Source of the DNA: a virus | Length of the DNA stretch: 64,000 bases | Reading direction: 5' to 3' (one strand) | IMG/VR virus record: IMGVR_UViG_3300024503_000015 | Coordinates: 206,182 to 270,181 of that record | Part shown: piece after piece, positions 8,219-18,887 of the stretch | Layout: every line of letters begins with the position of its first letter | Position numbering within the stretch: position 1 is the stretch's first letter | Program-made: the position numbers and the translations under genes | The notes under the pieces: generated by a model | Databases searched by the model: none | What the model saw: only the letters and a program-made list of their open reading frames with translations | Told to the model about the DNA's origin: nothing

Positions 8219-10300
8219 ATGCCATTATTAACTACATTAGGTAGCGCAGGCGTACAATCATATGGAACTTCTGGAATACAGCCGGGAGGAAGTTTGTACT
8301 TTGTTGGCGGCAGTCAGTACTTAACATTTTCGGGAACTAGTTTAACCTACGGTACGGCAAACTTTACCATAGAGTTTTGGTGGAAACCAATTACTAATTT
8401 GACTGGTATTAAAGTTTTATATGCTCAATGGTTTGGTAACAATAATTATCTTTGGATTTATCAACGTGATGGCCAAATTGTATTTGCCACAGTAGGCGGC
8501 GCCATTCGAGCATTTGGTGGAACATTGACATTAAACACTTGGAATCATATTGCTTTAGTTCGAAACAGTGGTAGTGCTAGATTGTTCGTAAACGGTGTAG
8601 CCTATGCTTCTGCAACCTGTACTAATAACTATGCTACTAATACAACATATAATCCGTGTGTGGGGCAATGGTATCCGGGCAATAGTACTTACCCAGCATT
8701 GGGTTACTTAACCAATTTAAGAATTTCTAAGAGTGCGTTATACACTACAGGATTTACTCCTAGCAAAGTTCCTTTTACTAGAACAAGTCAGGGTGCAACC
8801 GCATCTCTATTATTAAATGTAAAATCTAGTGGAACATTTACTACTGATAGTTCAGCCAATGCGATAGCAGTGACAAACAATCTTGTAACATATATTGCTG
8901 AATCTCCATATACTGAAAATTATGTAACGCCGCCAACAGTAACAGTAGTATCTGCTACAGTAACTCCATCTACTCTTACAGGCAGCGAGGGTAGTGCAAT
9001 TACGTTTACTATTGCTGGAACAAACGTTACAGATGGAACATACTACTATACAATTGAACAAGCATCCGGTAGTACAGCAATTACTACATCTGATTTTACC
9101 TCTGCATCCTTGTCTGGTACATTTACAATGACCAGCAATAGCGGATCATTTAATATAACACCTGCAAAGGATTTATTTACAGAAGGTACCGAAACGTTTT
9201 CTGTTGCAGTAAGACAAACATCGATTACAGGAACAATTATTGGCGCCAGTGATGAAATAACTATAACAGATATTTCTATTACACCAACATTAACACCTGA
9301 CGCGGCAACTGTAAACGAAGGAAGTAGTGTATCGTTCACCGCAGCCAATGTTGGCCCAGACGGAACATACTACTGGACAACATCTGGTATTAGTGCAGGC
9401 GATGTAACTGCTACTAGCGGCTCATTTACAATAAGCGGTAGTACTGGTGGAATAGAAAACGGCACGGGCACATTTAGCATCACTACGTCTTCGGATAGAA
9501 CAACCGAAGGATCTGAAACTATGAACGTACAAGTTCGAAGTGGCAGTACTAGCGGAACTATTATTGTATCAACTAGTGTAACGATACTTGATACCTCATT
9601 GACACCATTTACTTCATTTACTGCCAATAGTACTATTGCAGAAATGGCAGGCAACATATCCGGGTATGCTACATCGACTACATTACAAGTAGGAAACCTT
9701 GGGCCTGCTGGAACATATTATTATACATTTAATAACGTATCTGGAACACTATTGACCACAGATATTTCTACAGGAAGTCTATCAGGATCTTTCACAACAA
9801 CTTCATTAAATCAAACAACTACATTAACTATCGGTGCGGCCTCTGATACTGTAGCAGAAACTAATAGTGTCCAAGTGTTTACAGTTCAAATTAGAGAAGG
9901 TTCTATATCAGGAACAGTATTAGTAACTAGTGGACAGATAATATTATACGATTCATCGATGACAATTTCTGCAGTTTCTCCGAACCCTGCTAGTGAAGGT
10001 AACGGATTAAACATTACAGTAACTACACCATTATCGTCTCCTAACGGAATGGTTCAAGGAACATATTGGTTAACATTTGAAAGCACCAGCTCTGCTGTAG
10101 CCGCAGACGTTAGCGGACTACCGTATTCGTTTAATATTACCAGCCAAGGAAACTATTTTATTAACGGTATAGTTTCTATTCGTGCCACGGACGGAGCAGA
10201 AGCCGCAGAAACATTTAGAATTGGTGTGAGACAAGGGTCCACTACCGGAACCCTTGTTGGACTAAGTCCTGTGATTACAATTAACGCTAGTGCTACTTAA
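8219..10300 (+). CDS. LamG/ConA-like lectin domain protein with five ~95 aa tandem beta-sandwich repeats
   Basis: N-terminus FTIEFWWKP...TWNHIALVRNSGSARLFVNGV is LamG-like. Followed by 5 repeats of ...GTYYYT...SGSFT...TEGSETF.V.VR.GS.SGT... Confidence 0.5.
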   Translation: MPLLTTLGSAGVQSYGTSGIQPGGSLYFVGGSQYLTFSGTSLTYGTANFTIEFWWKPITNLTGIKVLYAQWFGNNNYLWIYQRDGQIVFATVGGAIRAFGGTLTLNTWNHIALVRNSGSARLFVNGVAYASATCTNNYATNTTYNPCVGQWYPGNSTYPALGYLTNLRISKSALYTTGFTPSKVPFTRTSQGATASLLLNVKSSGTFTTDSSANAIAVTNNLVTYIAESPYTENYVTPPTVTVVSATVTPSTLTGSEGSAITFTIAGTNVTDGTYYYTIEQASGSTAITTSDFTSASLSGTFTMTSNSGSFNITPAKDLFTEGTETFSVAVRQTSITGTIIGASDEITITDISITPTLTPDAATVNEGSSVSFTAANVGPDGTYYWTTSGISAGDVTATSGSFTISGSTGGIENGTGTFSITTSSDRTTEGSETMNVQVRSGSTSGTIIVSTSVTILDTSLTPFTSFTANSTIAEMAGNISGYATSTTLQVGNLGPAGTYYYTFNNVSGTLLTTDISTGSLSGSFTTTSLNQTTTLTIGAASDTVAETNSVQVFTVQIREGSISGTVLVTSGQIILYDSSMTISAVSPNPASEGNGLNITVTTPLSSPNGMVQGTYWLTFESTSSAVAADVSGLPYSFNITSQGNYFINGIVSIRATDGAEAAETFRIGVRQGSTTGTLVGLSPVITINASAT

Positions 10301-11493
10301 GAACTAGCCTTAAGAAGAATAATCTCTTCGTTAATGCGTCCATTCATACGAGCCTCTGTAGCATTAATCTCGTCTAAGAACTTACGCAACTGCACCTTAC
10401 CAGCGGCTTTGAACTCTTTCATCTTTTCCTCTGGCTTACGCACAGTCTTCATAATGCTGAGTGTTTCGCTAAAGCCGGTAATTGTGGTGCCTTTAACACC
10501 TAATTCCATATATTCGTTGGCAACATACTTGCCCAACTTACGGCTCTTAGTGTTATAAACCCACAACTCCTTGCTACCGATAATGTCAGTAGGATTAATT
10601 GACACCAATTTCAATGGCTCGTCAGTTTTCTTGTACTTGAGTTTAGCAACAAGTTTGTCAACACTGACTGCTTTCTTAGCACGAGGAGCACGATTCACTT
10701 TGGCTTCCTGCATTAACATAGTACAGGCGTTTTGAATCTCCTGCAAAAATGTAATGAAGTTACGAATCTGCTTTTTGCTACGATGACTGTAACCTTCTTT
10801 CAACTGTTCGTCTGCTTTACCGCTGGCAAGCTCTTCTAGTTCTGCCAAATCGCGAGCATAAAAGTCACGAATGATACGAGCGTGTGCGGCTTTGGCCTGC
10901 TGGCTCTTCAACAAATTAAGAACCTTAAATGCTTTTGGATCAAAGTTTTCCGGATCGATTTGAAACGACTCATAGGCCTTTTCAATTTCTTCAGTCATAT
11001 TCAGCGCAACTTCACGCAGACGTTCTTGAATGCTAGGAGTGTACACTTCTTTTTTGACTTCAACTTTTTCTTCGCCCTCGGTATCGTCTTTGCCTTCGAG
11101 GATTACATTGACAATGGCATTACGCAACCAAGCGGCGGTGTCCTTGCCGCTGTTAAAGTCTGCACGTTGCGGAGTCATACCACGTAACAGACAGTGAGCA
11201 ATGGCGCCCATTGTGGTGCTGATACGATTGTCTTTGACTTTCTTAATAGCAACAATGTCTTCTTTAGCACAGCCTGCATCAGTCATCCACTTAACAATAA
11301 TTGGCTTGTAAGTTTTAATGTCGCTTTCTAAACGATAGTAGTCCATGCTACTACGAAAGTGTTTATGGAACTTGTCGGCATCCCAAGATTCGCAACCTTC
11401 CCAATTTGGGCTAGTATCTTTGACTGCACGAGTGCGGTGTGCAATAACTTGCTTTTTGGTTACACGGGTTTTGGTTGCTGTCTTAGTAGCCAT
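10297..11493 (-). CDS. hypothetical protein (basic N-terminus, charged central region)
   Basis: 398 aa ORF with coherent codon usage. Confidence 0.5.
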   Translation of the reverse strand: MATKTATKTRVTKKQVIAHRTRAVKDTSPNWEGCESWDADKFHKHFRSSMDYYRLESDIKTYKPIIVKWMTDAGCAKEDIVAIKKVKDNRISTTMGAIAHCLLRGMTPQRADFNSGKDTAAWLRNAIVNVILEGKDDTEGEEKVEVKKEVYTPSIQERLREVALNMTEEIEKAYESFQIDPENFDPKAFKVLNLLKSQQAKAAHARIIRDFYARDLAELEELASGKADEQLKEGYSHRSKKQIRNFITFLQEIQNACTMLMQEAKVNRAPRAKKAVSVDKLVAKLKYKKTDEPLKLVSINPTDIIGSKELWVYNTKSRKLGKYVANEYMELGVKGTTITGFSETLSIMKTVRKPEEKMKEFKAAGKVQLRKFLDEINATEARMNGRINEEIILLKASS

Positions 11494-11533
11494 TTTTGCT
11501 CCTGTTAATTAACTTAATAAACATATTATATAG

Positions 11534-11824
11534 TCACTCTTCCGAAATGTCAACTCCGCTCCAATACAGAACAAACCAATCCAAATCCTTTTTATTCTTA
11601 AACCAAAATTGGGTATAGCTCATTCTGCGAGCTCTTTTGGGCCAAATATACGTCTTAAACGTATTGTAACACCAATTACTTATATTTTGGTAAGTAGATT
11701 CGCTAAACGGTTCTTCAAACCCGTCCCATTCCGGAAAGAGTTCTTGTTGTCCACTTTGGGTAACATAATAAACGTCAGCAGTCCAAAACCCGTCTCTTTT
11801 GTCGATTCGGAACTGTGGTTTCAT
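11534..11824 (-). CDS. hypothetical protein
   Basis: 96 aa ORF in operon context. Confidence 0.4.
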   Translation of the reverse strand: MKPQFRIDKRDGFWTADVYYVTQSGQQELFPEWDGFEEPFSESTYQNISNWCYNTFKTYIWPKRARRMSYTQFWFKNKKDLDWFVLYWSGVDISEE

Positions 11825-12129
11825 TACAACATGAAATTTATTTTTTGGATGTTCTCAAACTTAAAACTACGCCAATTGCCAATTACGGTATCCCAAACTG
11901 TACAAAGAACTTCTGAAGTTTTTGGGTTCTCTACTGTAGGGCAAATGCCTTCTTTAAGAGTACACTTCATTTCTCTCAGTGTGCCATCAGTTTTTTTGAA
12001 TGTTACTTCCACTGTGTCGTGCATACGTAGAACGTTAATCAACCATTCGCGAAATGACTTGCGTTCATCTTCTGTGGCAGTAGCATACCAATCACTTTGA
12101 AACTCTACTAAATCTGTTACCTGTGTCAT
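11824..12129 (-). CDS. hypothetical protein
   Basis: 101 aa ORF tightly packed with neighbours. Confidence 0.45.
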   Translation of the reverse strand: MTQVTDLVEFQSDWYATATEDERKSFREWLINVLRMHDTVEVTFKKTDGTLREMKCTLKEGICPTVENPKTSEVLCTVWDTVIGNWRSFKFENIQKINFML

Positions 12130-12130
12130 A

Positions 12131-12694
12131 TTAAAACTCCAAATCTGCGGCTAATACATATCTAAATTCTTTACTCTGTGGAGGAGTTGGTCTGTGATAT
12201 ATCTTGCCAGGATATATTAACCAATGATTCTGCACAGGCTCTATGGTGATTCGTTCTGGCTGACCGACACCGTTAGGGGCAAACTCTGTACCACTTGACT
12301 TATAGTCTGCATCGGTGGGTATCTTTAAATACCAAATGCCTGATACAGTAGTTTTCCCTTCGGTATAATGGTGCGTGTGCCAAAGATTATCTCGATCCTC
12401 GGTAATTTCATTGTTAGTCATGAAACTCCAAGCCATTAATTGATTAATCTTTACTTCTTTACCTAAATACATAAACACACTAAAGATAAAACTCATTCTA
12501 AATTTCATCCAAAGCGGGTCAGGCAATCCAAATAAATTAACCTGTGTTTGATACTTGGGACTGTTTTTAAAATACTGTCCAGAATTTACAATGTCTGTAA
12601 TTCGTTGTATAGCATCGGCCTGGTCTTGTTCTGTAATTACAGAACTAAAATTATATTTTTCAAATTGCCCAGTATGGTCTACGTATGTGGTCAT
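12131..12694 (-). CDS. hypothetical protein, possible cupin/oxygenase-like
   Basis: WHTHHYTEG and IYHRP His-rich motifs. Weak assignment. Confidence 0.4.
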   Translation of the reverse strand: MTTYVDHTGQFEKYNFSSVITEQDQADAIQRITDIVNSGQYFKNSPKYQTQVNLFGLPDPLWMKFRMSFIFSVFMYLGKEVKINQLMAWSFMTNNEITEDRDNLWHTHHYTEGKTTVSGIWYLKIPTDADYKSSGTEFAPNGVGQPERITIEPVQNHWLIYPGKIYHRPTPPQSKEFRYVLAADLEF

Positions 12695-13314
12695 TCACGT
12701 TTCTCAATTACTTTATCTGCAAGTCCATATTCAACAGCCTGTTGTGCAGATAAGAATGTATCAAACTTCATGTCGCCAAACATTTCGTCATAGGTTTTAC
12801 CTGCCGTATTGTGTTTAACATACAATTCAGTTAGACGTTTGTTGATACGCTGACTTTCCTCGTAAGTACGTTTAGCATCTTCGAACTGTAGTTCTTGTAC
12901 GTGTACGCTACCACGTGTGCCAGGAGTTCCTGAACTAACACGATGAATCATTGTGCGACTTTCTGGCAATACAAATCGTTTACCTTTTGCACCAGCAGAC
13001 GCTAGGAATGATCCCATACTTGCGGCCTGCCCAACTACGTAAGTGGCAACATCTGGTTTGATAAACTGCATGGTATCGTAAATAGCCAGTCCCGCAGTTA
13101 CACTTCCACCAGGACTGTTAATAAACAGACTAATGTCTTTTTCGCTATTCTCACTTTCGAGGAATAGCAGTTGTGCCACAATCACACTGGCTGAATGTTC
13201 ATTGACGTCGGTGTCTAACATAATTACACGATCCTTTAATAGACGTGAATAAATGTCATAGGCACGTTCGCCTTTGTTTGTGGACTCTACTACCATTGGC
13301 ACCAAATGTGGCAT
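12691..13314 (-). CDS. clpP: ATP-dependent Clp protease proteolytic subunit ClpP
   Basis: Canonical ClpP with [14 protein letters not shown], catalytic Ser in GQAASMGSF and His in MIHRVSSG. Confidence 0.85.
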   Translation of the reverse strand: MPHLVPMVVESTNKGERAYDIYSRLLKDRVIMLDTDVNEHSASVIVAQLLFLESENSEKDISLFINSPGGSVTAGLAIYDTMQFIKPDVATYVVGQAASMGSFLASAGAKGKRFVLPESRTMIHRVSSGTPGTRGSVHVQELQFEDAKRTYEESQRINKRLTELYVKHNTAGKTYDEMFGDMKFDTFLSAQQAVEYGLADKVIEKRE

Positions 13315-13315
13315 C

Positions 13316-13600
13316 TTATTCTACCTTTTCGTAAGTTTGTTCAAAAATATCTGGCTTGCAGGCATAGAACTCGCCCTGCACTCCTTTAATAATCCAATCG
13401 CCTTCGGTGGCAATATGTTTAACTGTTAAACCTATACCGTCTTCTAATGTGCGTATTTCTGCTTCGGCTGGATCATTGTTATGTTCTTTGCGAATGTTGC
13501 CTAGAGATTCTCCGCAGAATTCTTCTAACTGTGCAACAGATTCGTCTGTGTAAAAAAATTGTACAGCCTCGATAATCACAGGCTTCTTACGAAATTTCAT
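13316..13600 (-). CDS. hypothetical protein
   Basis: 94 aa ORF. Confidence 0.45.
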   Translation of the reverse strand: MKFRKKPVIIEAVQFFYTDESVAQLEEFCGESLGNIRKEHNNDPAEAEIRTLEDGIGLTVKHIATEGDWIIKGVQGEFYACKPDIFEQTYEKVE

Positions 13601-14303
13601 TATGTTCCTTTGCTAACGTAAAATTAAAAAGTTTATAAAAATACAATTGATCTATCCTGTCAACTTCATAGAAGGTATCAAACGCAACTTCAGTCTTGTC
13701 AACAACTAACTGCTTAAACATCTCCAATAAAGGATTATCGCTGGCTACTTCGATGTTGTATAGATAACGGTCATCTGTAAACCAAAAACGATTAATATTT
13801 CGCTTCTGTTGTCTGCTAGAAGTAGTCTTCAAATACTTTAATTTTAGTTGACTCTTAACAGGCTTACCCATACCACGAATTATACGTGGAACATCTGTGG
13901 TGTTATATTGTTTTTTGAAATCATCGTATATCATATCTTCTTCGTAAAAGTAAGGAAGTTTATAATATATACCTAGGTCTTTGCCTTCGCAGGTATGAAT
14001 ACGATTTTCTAACAAATAGCAAACACGACTTCTAAAGTCACTGATATTTCTAGCATTAGTAAGATTAGACCAAAAGTATTTCTTACCGTAATATTTTCTA
14101 ATCTTTTCGGCTAATGTTCTAGTTTCATCTTTGATATTATTTTTTACACGGTCGTCTTCCATGGAATAAAAAGAACCTGGATTTCCCTCCATAAGTTCTT
14201 TTAGACTTACAGACAACACCAGTGGATCTTCTTGAAACTCCGTGGCTTTTTCTTTATAAGTTGCGGAAAAAATATTATCAAGATCTGAAACTACAACGTT
14301 CAT
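13587..14303 (-). CDS. hypothetical protein
   Basis: 238 aa ORF. Confidence 0.5.
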   Translation of the reverse strand: MNVVVSDLDNIFSATYKEKATEFQEDPLVLSVSLKELMEGNPGSFYSMEDDRVKNNIKDETRTLAEKIRKYYGKKYFWSNLTNARNISDFRSRVCYLLENRIHTCEGKDLGIYYKLPYFYEEDMIYDDFKKQYNTTDVPRIIRGMGKPVKSQLKLKYLKTTSSRQQKRNINRFWFTDDRYLYNIEVASDNPLLEMFKQLVVDKTEVAFDTFYEVDRIDQLYFYKLFNFTLAKEHNEIS

Positions 14304-14539
14304 TATCTGCCCTCTGTATATTTTTGACCTTTTGGTCCGTTACTAATAAAATCCATTCCGGCCATACGACCTTCGTAAACTCTGCCATTCCAGTTCATTA
14401 ATAGTTTAACACTTTTGTTCATTACCACAGTTAAGTTACGACCTTCATTGAATGCCATAACATCTGCTTGAACAACTCTACCCGAACTTTCCTGTTTAAC
14501 TTCGCAGGTAGCATCGTATCTCACTTTAATATTACTCAT
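14303..14539 (-). CDS. hypothetical protein
   Basis: 78 aa ORF. Start overlaps the upstream stop. Confidence 0.4.
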   Translation of the reverse strand: MSNIKVRYDATCEVKQESSGRVVQADVMAFNEGRNLTVVMNKSVKLLMNWNGRVYEGRMAGMDFISNGPKGQKYTEGR

Positions 14540-14925
14540 GGCGCACTCTGTACTTGTTCTGATTCGGATTCATATTTGCCAGCAATGGCTTCTAATAAAT
14601 CAAAGTTTTCTTCTGCACGTTGAATTGCTTCATATGCTTTCTTCAGTGCGGGATTATTTTCTGCGGCATATTTTCTGGCCTGTTGCTTACTACGCTGTTC
14701 ACGTGCCCACTCTAACAAACTTTCTGCTTCTTGTGTAAGTTCAACAGTGGCATAATTCATGTTTAGTTGTTGCCATGAATTGCCATCGTTGACTTCCATA
14801 GCACTCGTGTTAGGGTTATACCGCAACATACCTGCACCACTGGAGCCAGGACTAATATAGTTACTGCTGGGCTGGCCACCAGATACAGTAACAAATCTTC
14901 CACTAGAATTAATACCTTTAATCAT
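14536..14925 (-). CDS. hypothetical protein
   Basis: 129 aa ORF. Confidence 0.45.
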   Translation of the reverse strand: MIKGINSSGRFVTVSGGQPSSNYISPGSSGAGMLRYNPNTSAMEVNDGNSWQQLNMNYATVELTQEAESLLEWAREQRSKQQARKYAAENNPALKKAYEAIQRAEENFDLLEAIAGKYESESEQVQSAP

Positions 14926-15347
14926 TTATACTCCTTATCTAATTCTACATTAGTTAGTCCAGCCACTGTTTGAAATTTATCCCATGCCGCCTTGGCCGCG
15001 GGATTAGTAGCCAACTCACTGCTAGGCAAAACTGTTTCTAACCAAATCTCTGGGCGACGACTTGGATGTGCGCCAAACTTTCTTGGCTGGTGCATTTTAC
15101 CCGAATCATACAATTCGATGCTAATATCACGAAACTGTTGTTCGTTATGATAACCAGTCCATTCTGGGTTACTCCAGATACTGCCCGCACTACGACCACC
15201 GCCGTAGCCTTCCCAAATATTGCCCCATTGTTCATCGTTATGCGGATCAAAGTCCGTACGAGTAATGAGAACAAGAACATCATTGATATCTACAACACCA
15301 TCAACAATGTCTCGAACACAACGGCTATAACTTAATCCAACTTTCAT
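14922..15347 (-). CDS. hypothetical protein
   Basis: 141 aa ORF. Confidence 0.45.
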   Translation of the reverse strand: MKVGLSYSRCVRDIVDGVVDINDVLVLITRTDFDPHNDEQWGNIWEGYGGGRSAGSIWSNPEWTGYHNEQQFRDISIELYDSGKMHQPRKFGAHPSRRPEIWLETVLPSSELATNPAAKAAWDKFQTVAGLTNVELDKEYK

Positions 15348-16234
15348 TATACTTCCAATACTATGTTAGGGTTCCAGCCACTATCTTCGCTGTAACCATC
15401 TGATTCGTAACCACGTGGATTACACACAACTCTTGTTTCACCAATCATATAATCAAAACAATGATGAGTGTGACCGTGTACCCACAGTTTGATTTGTGGA
15501 CGATCCAAGATGAACTCACTCAAATCACTGTGGTAAGCACCGTTCATTAGTGTTTCACCTCTGTACTGTTCGTGTACACTTTGGAAACTCGGCGAATGAT
15601 GTCCTACTACAACAAACTTTTCGTCAGGGCGTTCTGCTACTACATTTTTGATGTAGCCAAGCATATGACGATGACGGATAACAGTATCATGTGGCTTAAG
15701 GTTAGTGTAACCTTCTTCTTCCTTTTTGATAACACGAAAGTCATTCATCATATCCCGCACAGCATGGAGTGTCAAAGGATCACCTTTGTTCATGTCAGTC
15801 CACAATGTACCACCAATAAATGTTACATCATCAATTTTCTTTGAGCCTGCCTCCAAGAAGTAGACATTAGGGAACTGAGCGCACTCCTCAGATAGTACAG
15901 TAAGTGTACGATTCCATTTACCGTGATAGAATTCATGGTTACCCGCTACGTAAATTGTATTTGGGAATTGGAAACTGCAACGTTTCAAAAAGTCACGAAA
16001 GCGAGCTACCCTTTGTTGTTTACGTCCAAGGTCAGCAAACGCACCATACTCGTAGATGCTGGGCACAACAGGATGGTCGTAGAGTTCCTCTGCAATCATA
16101 ATATCGCCGGCAAGAATAAGCACATCGTAATCCTGATCATTTTGGATATTGATGTCGCTAAACTCTAAATGGAGATCTGACACAAGTTTAATTTTCATAC
16201 TAGTATTATACTTGAAATGTACCGATTCTGTCAA
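15347..16234 (-). CDS. calcineurin-like metallophosphoesterase
   Basis: Motifs VSDLHLEF, LAGDIM, GNHEFY and GHTHH. Confidence 0.7.
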   Translation of the reverse strand: MTESVHFKYNTSMKIKLVSDLHLEFSDINIQNDQDYDVLILAGDIMIAEELYDHPVVPSIYEYGAFADLGRKQQRVARFRDFLKRCSFQFPNTIYVAGNHEFYHGKWNRTLTVLSEECAQFPNVYFLEAGSKKIDDVTFIGGTLWTDMNKGDPLTLHAVRDMMNDFRVIKKEEEGYTNLKPHDTVIRHRHMLGYIKNVVAERPDEKFVVVGHHSPSFQSVHEQYRGETLMNGAYHSDLSEFILDRPQIKLWVHGHTHHCFDYMIGETRVVCNPRGYESDGYSEDSGWNPNIVLEV

Positions 16235-16691
16235 TGCTATTGCCCCATTTTAATATAAAAAATGTAGCATCTTGAGCAGTTAGTTTGGCTGTTATAGCAT
16301 AATCGGTATGATAGTTCATTGGAGCCATATGTCTATGCCATATAGGAGTTTCTACAGCGTGACTCATAACCCATTTACCCGATTCGCTTTCCTGCCATTC
16401 TAATAATGGTTGTGCGGCATACAGGTCTGGATCTTCCACATCTCCCATTTTAAATCGATGTACAATTAGTTCTTTGAACTCTACAACCTTGTCATCGATT
16501 AAATTATATTGATGTTTGTAATGACCCGGAGGATTATTATTGTAATTGTTTGGAGTGGGCATAGTTACAGGCCAATTAAAACGGCCACTTATTGTTCCCA
16601 TTTTCTTCCTGCCATTTTCGAACAGACTCAGCAAGTTCTTCTCTAGTACGTAATTTAACGTTTTCTTCAACAACAGTACCGTCATCTTCAC
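16206..16691 (-). CDS. hypothetical protein
   Basis: 161 aa ORF. Start may be downstream to avoid overlap. Confidence 0.4.
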   Translation of the reverse strand: MKMTVLLLKKTLNYVLEKNLLSLFENGRKKMGTISGRFNWPVTMPTPNNYNNNPPGHYKHQYNLIDDKVVEFKELIVHRFKMGDVEDPDLYAAQPLLEWQESESGKWVMSHAVETPIWHRHMAPMNYHTDYAITAKLTAQDATFFILKWGNSIDRIGTFQV

Positions 16692-17115
16692 AGAGACTGA
16701 CTTGGAAAGGAGCGTCGATAACTAGGTAGTCATCTTCAACTTGCCAATCATGATTGCCTTCAAACAACCAAGCCGCACCACTGCGCTCGTCGTCATCGTC
16801 TGGATCGCCTTCTAGGTAACACTCTTTAATTTGTTCTTGCTCTTCTTCAGTGATATCATCGCTAAATTCAAACCAACAAGCGTGTTGGTCATCTAATTCA
16901 GACCCCCAACCGCAGTCTGTCTTAGCGTGTGCTTGAGCATCGCCTTCTAAAGGCAAGTTACAATCCATGTCTTCTTCAACAAACCCTTGACCCCAACGAT
17001 AGTGATCATCGATGTTGAACCAACTAATTGAACCATCCGCATTTTCGCGGTACATTTCAATGTGCCAGCAGATACTTTTCTTTTCTAACGGTTTGATCAG
17101 ATATACTTTGCTCAT
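16576..17115 (-). CDS. hypothetical acidic protein
   Basis: 179 aa, D/E-rich. Confidence 0.45.
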   Translation of the reverse strand: MSKVYLIKPLEKKSICWHIEMYRENADGSISWFNIDDHYRWGQGFVEEDMDCNLPLEGDAQAHAKTDCGWGSELDDQHACWFEFSDDITEEEQEQIKECYLEGDPDDDDERSGAAWLFEGNHDWQVEDDYLVIDAPFQVSLCEDDGTVVEENVKLRTREELAESVRKWQEENGNNKWPF

Positions 17116-17118
17116 TCT

Positions 17119-17340
17119 TCAACTCCGAAATGTTCTTGCCACATACGCTTGGGTTCGCTGATTATTGGTTGCCTTGCCATGAAACCATTCAGATTCTACC
17201 ATTGCATCCAACACCATTCGTTCCATCAACTCTACATACTTTTCTGCGTATGCTTGACTATACGGCATTGCTGTAGTTTCGTTTTGCTTGACAGCATAGA
17301 TACGAGCCTGTTGCTCAAGTTGTTGAATTCGTTCGTTCAT
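17119..17340 (-). CDS. hypothetical protein
   Basis: 73 aa ORF. Confidence 0.4.
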   Translation of the reverse strand: MNERIQQLEQQARIYAVKQNETTAMPYSQAYAEKYVELMERMVLDAMVESEWFHGKATNNQRTQAYVARTFRS

Positions 17341-17948
17341 TCTTCGTCCTTAAAGTCAATAACATTACCGTCTTCATCTGCACAGATGATGCGTACAGTT
17401 TCGCCGTCTTCGTTTTTAATCTCAATAGGACCCCAAATCCACCATTCAGTTTCATCTTGATACCATGAATCTTCGCGATCTTCTAAATCGTAAATGCTAT
17501 TCTCGTCGATAAACTCTTGCAGTTCTTCTTCCTCTTCTTCTGTTAGGCCATCAAACTCGATATCATACCAGCAACCACCGTCGTCCATACTGATAAGTTC
17601 AACTTCTTCAATATTATTGTATGAGCAGTCTAGCATATTGATGCTGTCTTTTCGGCCATCGCCTCCAGGAACTTCTGTAAATTCAAATTCTGGAGGATTG
17701 TCGTCACTGGTTTCTACTGACCATTCTCCCCAACGGAATCCATTGGTGGTAGTAATTCTGCCTTTACCTTCTCGTTGAACCCAAAATTCAACTTCTTGTA
17801 CACTCTTTTTGTAATAAGTTCTTACTGTCCAGGTTGCCATGCTACTTCTCCTTAAAGTTCTAAACCGTTTTGTTTGGCATAATCCTCGGGTGATTGACGT
17901 TTTTTCTGATACTCTGCTTCGTGCATATCGCATAGCGTACGAATCCAT
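17337..17948 (-). CDS. hypothetical acidic protein
   Basis: 203 aa with a D/E-rich C-terminus. Confidence 0.45.
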   Translation of the reverse strand: MDSYAMRYARSRVSEKTSITRGLCQTKRFRTLRRSSMATWTVRTYYKKSVQEVEFWVQREGKGRITTTNGFRWGEWSVETSDDNPPEFEFTEVPGGDGRKDSINMLDCSYNNIEEVELISMDDGGCWYDIEFDGLTEEEEEELQEFIDENSIYDLEDREDSWYQDETEWWIWGPIEIKNEDGETVRIICADEDGNVIDFKDEE

Positions 17949-18334
17949 CCGCCATCTCTACGTTTGCCAGGAGCACAACATTCTTCGCAACAAGAGTCTG
18001 CCCAGGATTCTGCCATGGTAACCATGCCGTGAATGTATTCGTCACCGCCTTGATAATAGAAACGAAGCCCGCCAAACTTTTCTTTAATTTGTTCTACAAC
18101 TACCTGCGGAATAAGTTCACGAGCAGGTTCTTTTTTATTTTCAACGTCCCAATCGTGTTGCTTCTTTGCCCAATCAATCCTGCCCTGTATATTGGCACAG
18201 AGATTTTCTAGGATAGGCCACCAACCTTTACCTACAGCAAATCCGCCGTAGCGTTCCGCAAACATTAATGGAAATCTTTCTTCCATACGTTTAGCAAAGG
18301 CTTCGTATTCGTTATACTCTTGATCTTCTGTCAT
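17852..18334 (-). CDS. hypothetical protein (Cys-rich C-terminus)
   Basis: 160 aa with a CCEECCAPG motif. Confidence 0.45.
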   Translation of the reverse strand: MTEDQEYNEYEAFAKRMEERFPLMFAERYGGFAVGKGWWPILENLCANIQGRIDWAKKQHDWDVENKKEPARELIPQVVVEQIKEKFGGLRFYYQGGDEYIHGMVTMAESWADSCCEECCAPGKRRDGGWIRTLCDMHEAEYQKKRQSPEDYAKQNGLEL

Positions 18335-18585
18335 TTTATATCATCCGAGGTTTCAGGGAAATGGCTAATAATTAAATCTAATGCTTCAATGGTACGCATA
18401 TTGATTACAACATCTTCAGGGTGTAACCAATAGCCGTCTGGATTTGATTCTGTTTTAGGATTCTTTTTCCATTGACGTAATTCTTTTTTCAAGTAAGCAC
18501 GATAGTCTTTTAGATTAAGACTAGTAATTCGATCCGCAGTTTCGCCATCAATCCATTGATAAGGTTTATGCTTTGCTTTACTCAC
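18331..18585 (-). CDS. hypothetical protein
   Basis: 84 aa ORF. Confidence 0.4.
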   Translation of the reverse strand: MSKAKHKPYQWIDGETADRITSLNLKDYRAYLKKELRQWKKNPKTESNPDGYWLHPEDVVINMRTIEALDLIISHFPETSDDIK

Positions 18586-18887
18586 GACTTCAGTCCTTCT
18601 AACGTTTGACGTTTGGCTTCTTCTTTGACTTCTTGTTTATGAATTGTCTGCAATCCGCGAAACATTTCTTCGACTACATGAATAATAGCATTCTTACCGT
18701 CTTCAGTTAAGTGACTGTATTCAGGACTTACAGTACTTTCGTGCCAGACTCTACCGTTTTGGCTAAGTTCTAGTAATGCTCCATAGAGCATATCCTTGTG
18801 CATACTTCTGCGGATATCAAATTTTCTCGCCACTTTGGAACCCTCTAAAATGTAAGAAGCGCGGAAAGCGTAAAGAGTAACTTCCAT
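18582..18887 (-). CDS. hypothetical protein (start uncertain)
   Basis: The track ORF overlaps the ligase 3' end. Trimmed to an internal Met. Confidence 0.3.
   Translation of the reverse strand: MEVTLYAFRASYILEGSKVARKFDIRRSMHKDMLYGALLELSQNGRVWHESTVSPEYSHLTEDGKNAIIHVVEEMFRGLQTIHKQEVKEEAKRQTLEGLKS

Noticed and set aside
4547-10558. Short ORFs antisense to or nested in large structural genes (e.g. 4547, 4845, 5535, 6289, 6898, 8852, 9046, 9370, 10334)
   Set aside because: They lie wholly inside longer coherent genes on the opposite strand or frame and have no RBS. They are typical shadow ORFs.
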